Shown: in pieces, positions 21,897-31,800 of the stretch
Layout: each line of letters opens with the position of its first letter
Numbering within the stretch: the stretch's first letter is position 1
Source of the DNA: Fidelibacterota bacterium
GTDB lineage: Bacteria > Fidelibacterota > Marinisomatia > Marinisomatales > JABMOV01
Assembly: GCA_046861395.1 (NCBI GenBank)
Contig: JBHHUC010000015.1
Span: 1-39,296, forward strand
Direction of reading: 5' to 3'
DNA: 39,296 nucleotides
Translations under genes and position numbers: made by a program
Notes under the pieces: model-generated
The model's database searches: none
What the model was told of the DNA's origin: nothing
Seen by the model: the letters and a program-made list of their open reading frames with translations, nothing else

Positions 21897-22774
21897 ATTA
21901 TCCCGGATTGTATCAATCGCAACTTTATTTTACTTAAGCATGCTTCAAGGGGATCATTCATAAGCCCAAATTTCTTTCGTATCAAATCAGTTTTCAACCC
22001 ACATTTTAGTGGTCGAGGAGCATCCTGGTGCAAATCCTGAGTGGAAATCGGATGAATCAACCGTGGATTCAGATCGAAAACCCGGGCAATCATCAGGGCA
22101 AATTCATAACGGTTAAGCCAATCCCGTCCGCCATAATGATATAGTCCCGAATATTTTTCCGTTACAAAGCGGTTTATTACTGTGGACAAGGAATTGGTCC
22201 AGGTAGGATTATTCCACTGGTCCTTAACAATCCGAATATCTTCCCCCCTTTGCAAGGCATCAATGACCCATTTCACAAAACTAGCCTGCGTAGTGGGCAT
22301 ATAATCAAACACAACATTGGTGCGGATGACAGCCGACCCACCGGAGTGAGACAAACAAATGGATTCCGATTCCAACTTATGTTTTCCGTAGATGTTAATG
22401 GGATTAACCCGATCCTCCTCGCCATAGGGTCCACTCCTGCCGTCAAAAACATAATCGGACGAAATATGCAGAATATAGGCTTCCGGGGCAGTCCTGGAAA
22501 GAAGCTTCAAACTATTGACATTGACAGCATGGGACAACTCCGGTTCCCGCTCACATCGATCAACGTCGGTCAAGGCGGCCAGATTAACGATGATATCAGG
22601 GTCTACTTTCCGAAGGAAAGGCCTCACTGCGGAAGCATCTGTCAAATCCAGGGGATAGATTTCATCTATTTCTGGTGTAATATCCACTCCAACACAATGG
22701 AAATCATTCGGTAGGTGCCGTATTACCGCCTTCCCAAGTTGACCATTGGCCCCGGTTACCATAACGGTCTTCAT
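21893..22774 (-). CDS. rfbD: dTDP-4-dehydrorhamnose reductase family SDR
   Basis: VTGANGQLG, AALTDVDRCE, HISSDYVFDG, YGKHK, DQWNNPT. Confidence 0.88.
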   Translation of the reverse strand: MKTVMVTGANGQLGKAVIRHLPNDFHCVGVDITPEIDEIYPLDLTDASAVRPFLRKVDPDIIVNLAALTDVDRCEREPELSHAVNVNSLKLLSRTAPEAYILHISSDYVFDGRSGPYGEEDRVNPINIYGKHKLESESICLSHSGGSAVIRTNVVFDYMPTTQASFVKWVIDALQRGEDIRIVKDQWNNPTWTNSLSTVINRFVTEKYSGLYHYGGRDWLNRYEFALMIARVFDLNPRLIHPISTQDLHQDAPRPLKCGLKTDLIRKKFGLMNDPLEACLSKIKLRLIQSGIM

Positions 22775-23793
22775 TTTTCTTCGATCCTGAATGTTCCGGC
22801 TATAAGATCAAGTTGGTGCATATAAAGGTTTTTACGTTTCCCCGGAAAATGAATCAGAGCGAAAATAATGAAGGTATTATCGGTCATACCATCATAGAAC
22901 AGAGAGCCGAGAAAAGGGCCACCCTTGGCTTCTTCGATGGCTTCCCAAACCCCAGTATATCGCCAAGCGCTCCAGCGCCCGAAGTCGGTTAATTCACCGT
23001 GAAATTTATAGGGATTAATTTTTATGGTTTTGAAATAGTTTTCCGGAAAAATCCTGAATTGATCGGCGGCTGCAGTGGAATCATTGGCAATGATTCCCGG
23101 TTCGGAATGGACGGCTACCCATTGGTAGGGTGTTTCCCTGCCGATCCAGACAAATTGCGCTTCCAAACTGTCGCGAATGACTTCCCAGCCCCAGGGAATT
23201 TTTATGGACCAGGGATAACGACTGGCAATGAGGTGTTCTTCCTTTTTACGTCTCATCCGATTGAAGAGATATTTGTTTTGTTGCCGAATCATTTTTTCGT
23301 CGAACTGATGCTTGATAAAATCCTTCTTCTCATTGATGGCAGCCCTGAGAGTTGCTTTTTCCCGGGCATTCAAGATCAGTACGAGTTGATTGGAAGCATA
23401 TAAATCCCGGATGAACAGAACACAATGCGCACCTTCCAATGTTTGTGCAAACTGATTTTCCCCCAACAAATCATAAATGAGCTTGGTCGCAGGTTCCGTT
23501 AAATCATCTCCCAAAGATGCGATAATGATATTGTTGAGATTCTTTATATCATTAAATCCTGATGGGTTTACGAATATTGTTTTATACACCGGTTCCGGTT
23601 TGGGAGTATAAATAGTGTCGGAAAATATCTTAGTCAGCAGATTCATGACATCTTTCTTCTGGTCTTCGTTGACAATGACCATTAATTCATCATCAGCCCC
23701 TACTGCTTTGCGTTTTATATCGCAGGCGGACAGAAACAGCAGACCAGTCAGGATGCTTACAATCGTGAATACTTTTCGGAGTAATGATGTCAT
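22771..23793 (-). CDS. DUF4837-like lipoprotein
   Basis: Lipobox LSAC; TPKPEP, RDLYASNQLV and GVWE...GGPF motifs recalled for DUF4837. Confidence 0.7.
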   Translation of the reverse strand: MTSLLRKVFTIVSILTGLLFLSACDIKRKAVGADDELMVIVNEDQKKDVMNLLTKIFSDTIYTPKPEPVYKTIFVNPSGFNDIKNLNNIIIASLGDDLTEPATKLIYDLLGENQFAQTLEGAHCVLFIRDLYASNQLVLILNAREKATLRAAINEKKDFIKHQFDEKMIRQQNKYLFNRMRRKKEEHLIASRYPWSIKIPWGWEVIRDSLEAQFVWIGRETPYQWVAVHSEPGIIANDSTAAADQFRIFPENYFKTIKINPYKFHGELTDFGRWSAWRYTGVWEAIEEAKGGPFLGSLFYDGMTDNTFIIFALIHFPGKRKNLYMHQLDLIAGTFRIEEK

Positions 23794-23865
23794 CTTAGAT
23801 TATTTTCTCGGATAAAAATTATGAGTTCGTTCTCTGTGATAGAATAACTAATATGATATGTTCCG

Positions 23866-24537
23866 TTACTTCTTTTTTATCCTTATTTTATTTCTGAATA
23901 AAATAAAATAGCCACTGTTCCAGCCTATAAAGAAACCGACCATCACCAGTAATACTAGTATAGCCGCCAGGAAGCTGAGTGAAACGGGTAAAAAGTAGGA
24001 TTTCACTTGCAGTCCTTCATTATTCGTGGTTATTCTGACAGCACCGGCAAAATCACCTGGGAAATACCGGGATTCCGGTTGCAATTGGCCTGTTTCCGGA
24101 TCGATTCTTCCGTGGCAACGTAAACAATTTTCTTCAAAACGCAGGGGCATCAACAGGGATGAACCGGCATCGTTTCCCCCCCCTCCTTTGTGAAATACAA
24201 ATGGTTTGGTGGGATCATCTTCCATGATCTGTAATTGCTGCGATTCCCAGGAATCGGGTATATGGTCGGGATTCACAGGATTTCGTGAAATTATTTTAAA
24301 CGAATATCCTGGAATGAGATTTTCTACGTCCCCGTATTTTTGTTGACGAATGTCCTCCGGAAAGGTCATTTCATTTAGTTTATATTGATAAAACCGGTTG
24401 GCGATATCCAACATGAATTCCACATCCGTTACATTTTTCAGGACGATTAAATGACCGGTTGTGAATAGTGCCAATACAATGATGAAAATGGTAATGGACA
24501 AAAGAATCCGCCTGAATTTATCTTCCTGGCGCTGCAT
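23866..24537 (-). CDS. DUF3365 (Tll0287-like) single-heme c membrane protein
   Basis: Two TM helices flanking SRNPVNPDHIPDSWE, CLRCHG and GDFAGAVRIT; no cytoplasmic output domain. Confidence 0.8.
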   Translation of the reverse strand: MQRQEDKFRRILLSITIFIIVLALFTTGHLIVLKNVTDVEFMLDIANRFYQYKLNEMTFPEDIRQQKYGDVENLIPGYSFKIISRNPVNPDHIPDSWESQQLQIMEDDPTKPFVFHKGGGGNDAGSSLLMPLRFEENCLRCHGRIDPETGQLQPESRYFPGDFAGAVRITTNNEGLQVKSYFLPVSLSFLAAILVLLVMVGFFIGWNSGYFILFRNKIRIKKK

Positions 24538-25808
24538 CAGTCCCTGCTCTCCGTCGTATAAGATTTTGCACAGCGAAAACCGACCATGTCGTTGCGCAAA
24601 TCCGGTTTCCCAGATGTTCGGTAGGATACAGTTAGACGATCCGGGATATCAAACCAGCCGCCACCGCGAATGGAACGCTCCACACTGGTGTCAGGTCCGG
24701 TGGGATTGCGCTTCGGAATAATTTTATAGTAATCCTTATCATACCAATCGGCTACCCATTCCAATACATTGCCGGCCATATCATAGACGCCGTATTGACT
24801 GACGCTATGGATTGTCGCCGTGCCGTCCGCTAGAGTATTGATTCCATTGAAATACCCGACTGGGGTCGGTCCCATCTCAAAGGGATCATTACTATTTCTG
24901 AAATTGGCTGCTCGGTAGGTAATGGTGTCACCACCGGGATATTTCCTGTCATCCTTATCTCCGCGGGCGGCTTTCTCCCATTCCGCTTCGGTAGGCAAAC
25001 GCTTCTCCCGAAAGGCAGCATAATCATGGGCTCCGTGCCAGGTTACGTATACCACCGGGAAATCTTCTTTTCCCCTTCGGGGCTGATAACGGCCATCTAT
25101 TCGTTGAATGTCCATTCGAGGGTCAAAATATTGATCATGATCGGCATTAAGAAATTCCGCAAATTGGGCATTGGTCACTTCATATTTATCAATAAAATAA
25201 TCATCGAGGTAAATGGTTGTTACAGGTTGCGCATTAAAATGTTTCCCTCCCAGGATAAATGGTCCGCGAGGCACCATAGCCATCCCTTCGGGGACAACGA
25301 TAATTTCGATTTCCTTCACCAATTGTCCGCCGGAAACCATAAATTGCTGCATTTCGTTCTGTTCGGACAGTAATCGCTTTATTCCCCGGCTGTAATGAGG
25401 TTCGCGCGACGGTTGGTAGGATTTAATATTCATATTTATTAATCTTGCCTGAACGGTCGTCGCACCCGGGGAAATACCGGTCACAGTGCCGGTCGAATCA
25501 ATGGTGGCCGTAATCGTATCTGTATTGGCCCAGATTACTTTATAGCCACCAACTGGTTTTCCGTCAATGTTGGCAGCAAAGGCCGACAGCTTTCTCTTTT
25601 CATCGATTGATAGAATCATGCGATCGGTACTGGTAACAAAACGGTTGAATTCCATTTTCGCCGTACGGGCCGAAATGATGAGATTAATCGTCCTTGATAT
25701 GTACAAATTCACCCATAAAAGCAGAATGGCGACAATGGTCAACAGGGCCAGATAGCGTATGAATTCATACCGCTCCATTCGATAGCCGTATTTTTTAACT
25801 GGGCTCAT
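24537..25808 (-). CDS. Membrane-anchored FGE/SUMF1-domain protein with Ig-like (Big_2) domain, probably non-catalytic
   Basis: N-terminal TM; ATIDSTGTVTGISPGATTV; KYEVTNAQF, RLPTEAEWEKAARG, YDMAGNVLEW, RGGGW, GFRCA. Confidence 0.88.
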   Translation of the reverse strand: MSPVKKYGYRMERYEFIRYLALLTIVAILLLWVNLYISRTINLIISARTAKMEFNRFVTSTDRMILSIDEKRKLSAFAANIDGKPVGGYKVIWANTDTITATIDSTGTVTGISPGATTVQARLINMNIKSYQPSREPHYSRGIKRLLSEQNEMQQFMVSGGQLVKEIEIIVVPEGMAMVPRGPFILGGKHFNAQPVTTIYLDDYFIDKYEVTNAQFAEFLNADHDQYFDPRMDIQRIDGRYQPRRGKEDFPVVYVTWHGAHDYAAFREKRLPTEAEWEKAARGDKDDRKYPGGDTITYRAANFRNSNDPFEMGPTPVGYFNGINTLADGTATIHSVSQYGVYDMAGNVLEWVADWYDKDYYKIIPKRNPTGPDTSVERSIRGGGWFDIPDRLTVSYRTSGKPDLRNDMVGFRCAKSYTTESRD

Positions 25809-28800
25809 TCGAATAATTTTTCACTCAGTTTAAGATTTACCGTCAAATAGAATCCCGATATATCGGAAGAAAGAAAGGCAAAATCCGGATCATTATACCG
25901 GGTAAACATGTAACCCATGCCCAATTGAGTATTCTTGTAAATGACGTAATTGATTTCCACTGCCGTCCCGAATTTATATTCATTTACTGGTTTAAGGTGT
26001 ATCATCCTGAAGTCAGCTGCCAGGCCCCAAGACAGGTTTAATTCATATTCTCCCCGCAAGGAATAGAAATCGGTGGCTGTTTTATCGCTAAATAGATTAC
26101 CTTCTTCATCAAGAATTCTGCGATGGGCGTAGCGACCGCCAAATTCCCATTTTTTCACTGGCTGCCAATAAAGCATGACAGAGGTAATCATTCGTTCCAG
26201 ATTGATTGTAGGTGTAACATGCGTATTTCTATCTCCCACCAGAGATAAACGGGCAAATCCATTGATTCGATCCGATTTTTCGGGACGCAGAGCCAGCCCG
26301 GCACTGTATTCCTGATGACGGGTAAATCCCTGCCCTGATTGCTTGTAACGAGTATATTGATTATTGATTTTCAGAATTCCGCTCAAACTGTTATAGACCT
26401 TGAAATCCGAACCTAAAGTCGTTACCGACTTTTTACTCACCTTATCCGTTTTCAATTCCTGTTTGGCGGTAATCTTAATCGGCATGTCCGGGAAGTATTC
26501 CAGCGACACACTTCCAGCCGAATGTTCCGGCGTGGGTACTTGCAATGAATCAATAGTGGAAACATTTTCATAGGCCAGGTTAATGATCAAATCTTCGCGT
26601 ACACTCCATTGGTTCCGTAATCCGATGGAAGCGCGGTTCCGGTCATCTCCAATGGCACCACCCATTTCATATTTGCCGGTGACTGCAGTATTATCACTTA
26701 CCTTCGAGTCAAAACCCAATACCGTTTGACTAGCATCGGTACGATCATATAAATGACGATATTTAATATAAGTCCGTAATTTTTTCGTTATGTCATATCC
26801 CAGCCCCAAAGCCGTATTGGTCGGTTTGGACGTTTGGCTTCCTCCCAGGTTTTGATCATGATCTATCAGTCCGCTTAATTTATCGCTAATCTTCATTATG
26901 GCCGAACCACGCAGTAAGGTTGCCGTCTGTCCGGTCTGACTACTTGAATATCCTTTTTCTACCTGGTTTTCTTCGTACCCCAATTTGAAGTTGTATCGGT
27001 CCCCCATCTCTTTCTGCATATACACATTGAATACATTCACCCGGCTTTCATTCACGGTTCCCATCTTATTGCCCTGAAAATAATATTCCGATGTTATTCT
27101 TCCAAAGAGGTTGGTGCCGTATTCCCCCTTTATTCCATACTTCATGTTACCAGATTCATTATTGCCGTTCAGTTGAGAACGATTAGTAAATAGACTATCC
27201 ACATTACGAAAATACCCGGTAACATTGAATCGTGCCGCCGGCGTCAGGTTTATTTCCGTTTTATAGGCCAAGCCCTGATTCATGCCACCACTAAGGTTTG
27301 GGTCCCGGGATTGGGCAACCTCACCTTTTACGGCCAGCCAGTCATTCACTGGGAGGGCCAAATCAAAACCGGTCAACATGTAATCATTTTTCCCCTGTTC
27401 CTCCCGCAGGAAGGTCGAGCCCAATCTCAGTCTGTTATTGATTTGGCCTTCGTACCGCAATCCAGTTACAAGTGCAGAATTGGTGTTGGTTTTATATTCG
27501 TAAAATACCAAAATATATCGGGGATTTCCTTCTTCGTCGACACTGGGTACCGGTTGTTTGAACATGATGGTTCCGTCAACATAATTGATATCGTAATCCT
27601 GATATCGGTGCATATCCTGCGATTTCAAAATGACTTCAGGATGGTATTTATCCCGGACTTCAATTTTGATTTTTTCCGAACGCCAGATGATATTGGCGTG
27701 TGAGAGGTAATAAAACCCAGACGTACCATCGCCGCGGATCTGATCACGTCCCAGAACTTGGTCTGCGTAGGAAGCAAAACCAGATACGTAATGATTTCCC
27801 ACATTAAACTGCGAAAACAAACCATTCATGGTACGATTGCTGGCAGCGAATTCCGTACTGTTGAAGCTGGTATTATAATCCCCGAACAATACGAAACTGG
27901 TATTGTGATCCACCCGCGCAAAAAACCGTGATTTGGATTGAGCGTCATAGGTCAGAACACTGGCATCACCGTAAATAGGTAAGGGTTCATCCGGATCAAC
28001 ATCCTGATAGATTTGATCATAATAATCCCGGTCCGTATCCAGCGAAGCCGTTAATCGGTATCCGTCTCCAACCGTTCCGGTGGCGTAAAATGCCGTACGG
28101 CCATCCAGTGCCAGGCCATCCTGATTGAACGCAGCATCCGTGGCATCAATACTTTCCACATAAGGGGAAACATCGGAGCCTGTAGTACTCATTTTTCCAA
28201 TCGCCGTTCCCCGGACCGATCCCACTAGTATAAAGGGTTTAATCGGTGTTGTGTATGAAATGGGAAATTGCAGGTATTCACCATTAATTTCAATTTCCAG
28301 GATACCTTTTCCTGCCACCAACGGCGACTGAAGTGATACGAAAAACACACCATCGCTGATTGCTGCTTGCAGACCGGCTACATCACCGTTTTCATCCTCA
28401 TTCACAATCACACCGTTGGTAAGACTCACCGTAGCGAACTTCACATTCGGTATCGTATAACCCCATTGATCCTGGACTTCAAACTGCAAACGTTTCCGCG
28501 ATATACCATTGGCCGGCAGGGATACATCCGGTTCATAGGGAATAATGTTTTTCGGTGGTCCCAGCACATGAATGGTACGTTCAGCGCGATAGATCCGATT
28601 TCCGGCACCGACCACTTCGACGACAATACTGTTGGGACCGGGCGGAACGACAATATTCAGAAAATCAAGGAAACCGTCAATACGGATTTTTCCTGTTTTC
28701 CGCTTTTCATCATTCACAAACAACGTGGTTTCCGTTCCCGGCCGTCCCGTTACAGTTACTGCGATATGGTTATTGGATTTTATTGCTTTATCAGGCGGAT

Positions 28801-28891
28801 TGGTAATGATGACCTGGGCTTTCAGCAGACCAAGCCACAGAATACTGAACAACGCTCCCTGTTGATATATCCGCTTAATCCGCATTGGCAT
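25805..28891 (-). CDS. Large predicted outer-membrane beta-barrel protein with N-terminal Ig-like domains
   Basis: Signal peptide; several hundred C-terminal residues of alternating amphipathic strands rich in Y/G/F; terminal strand SGFYLTVNLKL; overlaps the DUF11/OmpA gene. Confidence 0.75.
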   Translation of the reverse strand: MPMRIKRIYQQGALFSILWLGLLKAQVIITNPPDKAIKSNNHIAVTVTGRPGTETTLFVNDEKRKTGKIRIDGFLDFLNIVVPPGPNSIVVEVVGAGNRIYRAERTIHVLGPPKNIIPYEPDVSLPANGISRKRLQFEVQDQWGYTIPNVKFATVSLTNGVIVNEDENGDVAGLQAAISDGVFFVSLQSPLVAGKGILEIEINGEYLQFPISYTTPIKPFILVGSVRGTAIGKMSTTGSDVSPYVESIDATDAAFNQDGLALDGRTAFYATGTVGDGYRLTASLDTDRDYYDQIYQDVDPDEPLPIYGDASVLTYDAQSKSRFFARVDHNTSFVLFGDYNTSFNSTEFAASNRTMNGLFSQFNVGNHYVSGFASYADQVLGRDQIRGDGTSGFYYLSHANIIWRSEKIKIEVRDKYHPEVILKSQDMHRYQDYDINYVDGTIMFKQPVPSVDEEGNPRYILVFYEYKTNTNSALVTGLRYEGQINNRLRLGSTFLREEQGKNDYMLTGFDLALPVNDWLAVKGEVAQSRDPNLSGGMNQGLAYKTEINLTPAARFNVTGYFRNVDSLFTNRSQLNGNNESGNMKYGIKGEYGTNLFGRITSEYYFQGNKMGTVNESRVNVFNVYMQKEMGDRYNFKLGYEENQVEKGYSSSQTGQTATLLRGSAIMKISDKLSGLIDHDQNLGGSQTSKPTNTALGLGYDITKKLRTYIKYRHLYDRTDASQTVLGFDSKVSDNTAVTGKYEMGGAIGDDRNRASIGLRNQWSVREDLIINLAYENVSTIDSLQVPTPEHSAGSVSLEYFPDMPIKITAKQELKTDKVSKKSVTTLGSDFKVYNSLSGILKINNQYTRYKQSGQGFTRHQEYSAGLALRPEKSDRINGFARLSLVGDRNTHVTPTINLERMITSVMLYWQPVKKWEFGGRYAHRRILDEEGNLFSDKTATDFYSLRGEYELNLSWGLAADFRMIHLKPVNEYKFGTAVEINYVIYKNTQLGMGYMFTRYNDPDFAFLSSDISGFYLTVNLKLSEKLFE

Positions 28892-31800
28892 ATGATTTAT
28901 TTGTAGTTAAACGAATAACCCTGACCGTTTCATCGGTGATGGGTTGGTTATCTCTAATAAGACGGGTCGATACTTTGAAAATGTCGGTCTGAAAACCAGG
29001 ATCGACATAGGCCTTGACATCAATGGTAATGGACTCATCGGCGGATGAAATTGGTATCCGCCACATGCGCTCACCTATGAAGGACTGATCGAAATCACTA
29101 ATAAGTTTTACGTAATGGGGCATTTGCGCAAATATTTCGATTTGATCGGCAGTATCGATATTGATCATGTCCAAATGCAAACGCAGGGAAACGGGGCCTT
29201 CATCCGGTAGGTTCAGAACGTCCTCATTTTCCGATTGAGCCATGCGTCGGGGTTGCGTTTGGATTTCTTTACCCACCGAATCCCTGATTACTTCAACACC
29301 CATGACGAGATCACTGCCGATTTCGGAATTCACCAAGACCTCCACCCGTCGATTCTTCGCCTTACCGGCTTCCGTATTATTGCCAGCCAGAGGATACCGG
29401 GGACCGAAACCGCGGGTGGCGATTCGGCTGGGTTGAATTAAATAATTCTCCACTAGATAGCTTTTGACGCTTTCGGCCCGTGATTTTGATAGCGCCAGAT
29501 TATAGTTTAAATCACCATCCGAATCGGTGAACCCATCGATGACAATACTAATATTGGGCTGCCAGGTGAGGAATTTCCCAAGTTTTTCAATCGGATCGGC
29601 GGAAGAACCGCGTAGTGTTGCCGAGTTCACATCAAAATTGGTTCCTTCTAAATTCATTTGGAAGGATAATTTCTCTATCAGGACGGAAACATTGGTGATG
29701 AGATCACGAGATATGCCGCTTTTACCGTCTTCATACTCATATTCAATATGTGCTTTGGAAATATTGAAATCGTTAATGGCCGCATAATTCCCTGGTATGA
29801 TATTGAAAACCAGCTTGGCAGTATCATTTTCGGCCAATGAACCCAGAAGCCAGGAAATTGATGAGGATGACACGGAATCGGGTGCCAGAGGTTCACCGTT
29901 CAAGCGGGCCGAGTTTGAGGCATAGATGAATCCAGATGGCAAAGCATCGATAAAGCGCACTTTATCGTACGGTATTCCGCCACGTGTCCGAATATTGAAG
30001 GTTAGCTCTATGGCATTCTGGTGAGGCTGTTCCTCATTGGATGTGCTGAATATGAGTTCCACCCTACGGTTGGCTTTGCGACCTTCGGCTGTTTCGTTGC
30101 TGGCAATTGGCCTTGTTTCCCCATAACCCCTAGAGGAAATTCGGTTGGCACTGATGCCCATCTCATCCACCAGGAATTTTTTAATATTATTGGCCCGATC
30201 CATCGACAAATCCAGATTATTTTCAAATGGAGATGATTCGGGCGGATCAATGTTATCCGTATGTCCCTCGATGGTCAGGTAAATATGAGGTTGCCATTGT
30301 AGGAATTGGGCCACCTTCCGCATTTCTGTATAAATTTCCGGTCGTAACACTGATTCACCCGATAGGAAGCCAAGGCGAAGCAGCATGGACCAGGGTTGAT
30401 AACGCATAATCCTGACACCGTCGGATTTTGCTCTTTCCTGCAGTGAAATCAGCGAAACATTACTGAGGGCGATATCAAGACCGTCACTCCGTACTTGAGT
30501 TTCAGCCTGATGAATGATTCGAACACTAAAATTAGCTTTGGCAATGCCACCCGGACTTACATAAACCAGACGGGATGAATTATCACCAAGATAATCCATC
30601 TCATTCAGGACGACTTCATGATTGGCTGGTATAGAATATTCGTTGATCCGTATTACGTGATTCCCGCCGGGAACATCTGGAATGGAATATTTTCCATACT
30701 CATCTGTCAAAATCCGGATGCCCGTTTCGGAAATGAGTTCCACGCCCTTGATACCGGGTTCATATTCATCATGGATATCATTTCCATTTAAATCATAGTA
30801 CACTTTGCCGAATATCAGTCCGCGATCACTGAACAATCCGGGGTGTACCACAACAGTGGCTTTGGCCTCGTTAGAAGTGACCGGATATCCCCCCATGGTC
30901 CGTCCATTGGCTGAAACAAGGTTATCATTCTCTCCGGCCTGAGCCTGCAACCCAATGATGGTACGGTATTTCAATAGCTTACTTTCACCCGGATTTAGTG
31001 TATCATCAATAGACCAAGTAAGGATGATACGATTATCCGTTCCACTAGAATAGGCCGGTTTCCCAACACGATTGTTATCCCAATATACATTTTTAGATTT
31101 TTGCTTGAAACCCGTTGGCAGGAAATCAACAATCTTGATCTGATCCACATATTCATCTCGGCTCGTATTTTCAACCTGAACCGTGTAGGTCAAGACATCC
31201 CCAAGTTCAGCGACCCGGCGATTGACGTCTTTTTTCACCCGCAGAAAGGGATAAATAATGCGTGTTATAGCATTAGTACGGGCATCATGTGTTGATTGCG
31301 TTGTATCAATTTTATTTGTCACAAAGGATATATTTTCCACCAATGAGGAGCCGTTAAGTTCTTCGCTGGTTCCCACAATGGCCTGGAACGTGAGAGAATC
31401 CCGTTCATGAAGCGTCAGGCCGATACGATGGAATGCCAATATATTCCCCAGACGGTCATAGCCATCATATGTTAAGGTCGGATTCACCTGGATCGACGGC
31501 TCAATAACTGTCAATCCGGTAGGAATATTATCCACTACATATACCGAATCAGTTAAGGCAACATCCTGACTGCCGTAGTAGAGGGTGTAAAATAAGGTAT
31601 CACCCGGTGCTGCTTCATCCATATCCACCGTCTTGTACATGTAGAACGGTGATTGCCGCAATACGATGTTGGCGCCCACGACGTAGGTGCCGGGGTTGGA
31701 TAGATTGACATTAATTGCGCCATCACTGTAGGATCGGGTACCGTTATAATTTGCTTCCAGGAAATAATTGCCCGAATCAAGATTTGTGAAATAATACATG

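Noticed and set aside
24537..25808. Active formylglycine-generating enzyme, or DGR target with variable repeat
   Set aside because: Catalytic Cys pair absent; no sulfatase, reverse transcriptase or template repeat seen in the window.
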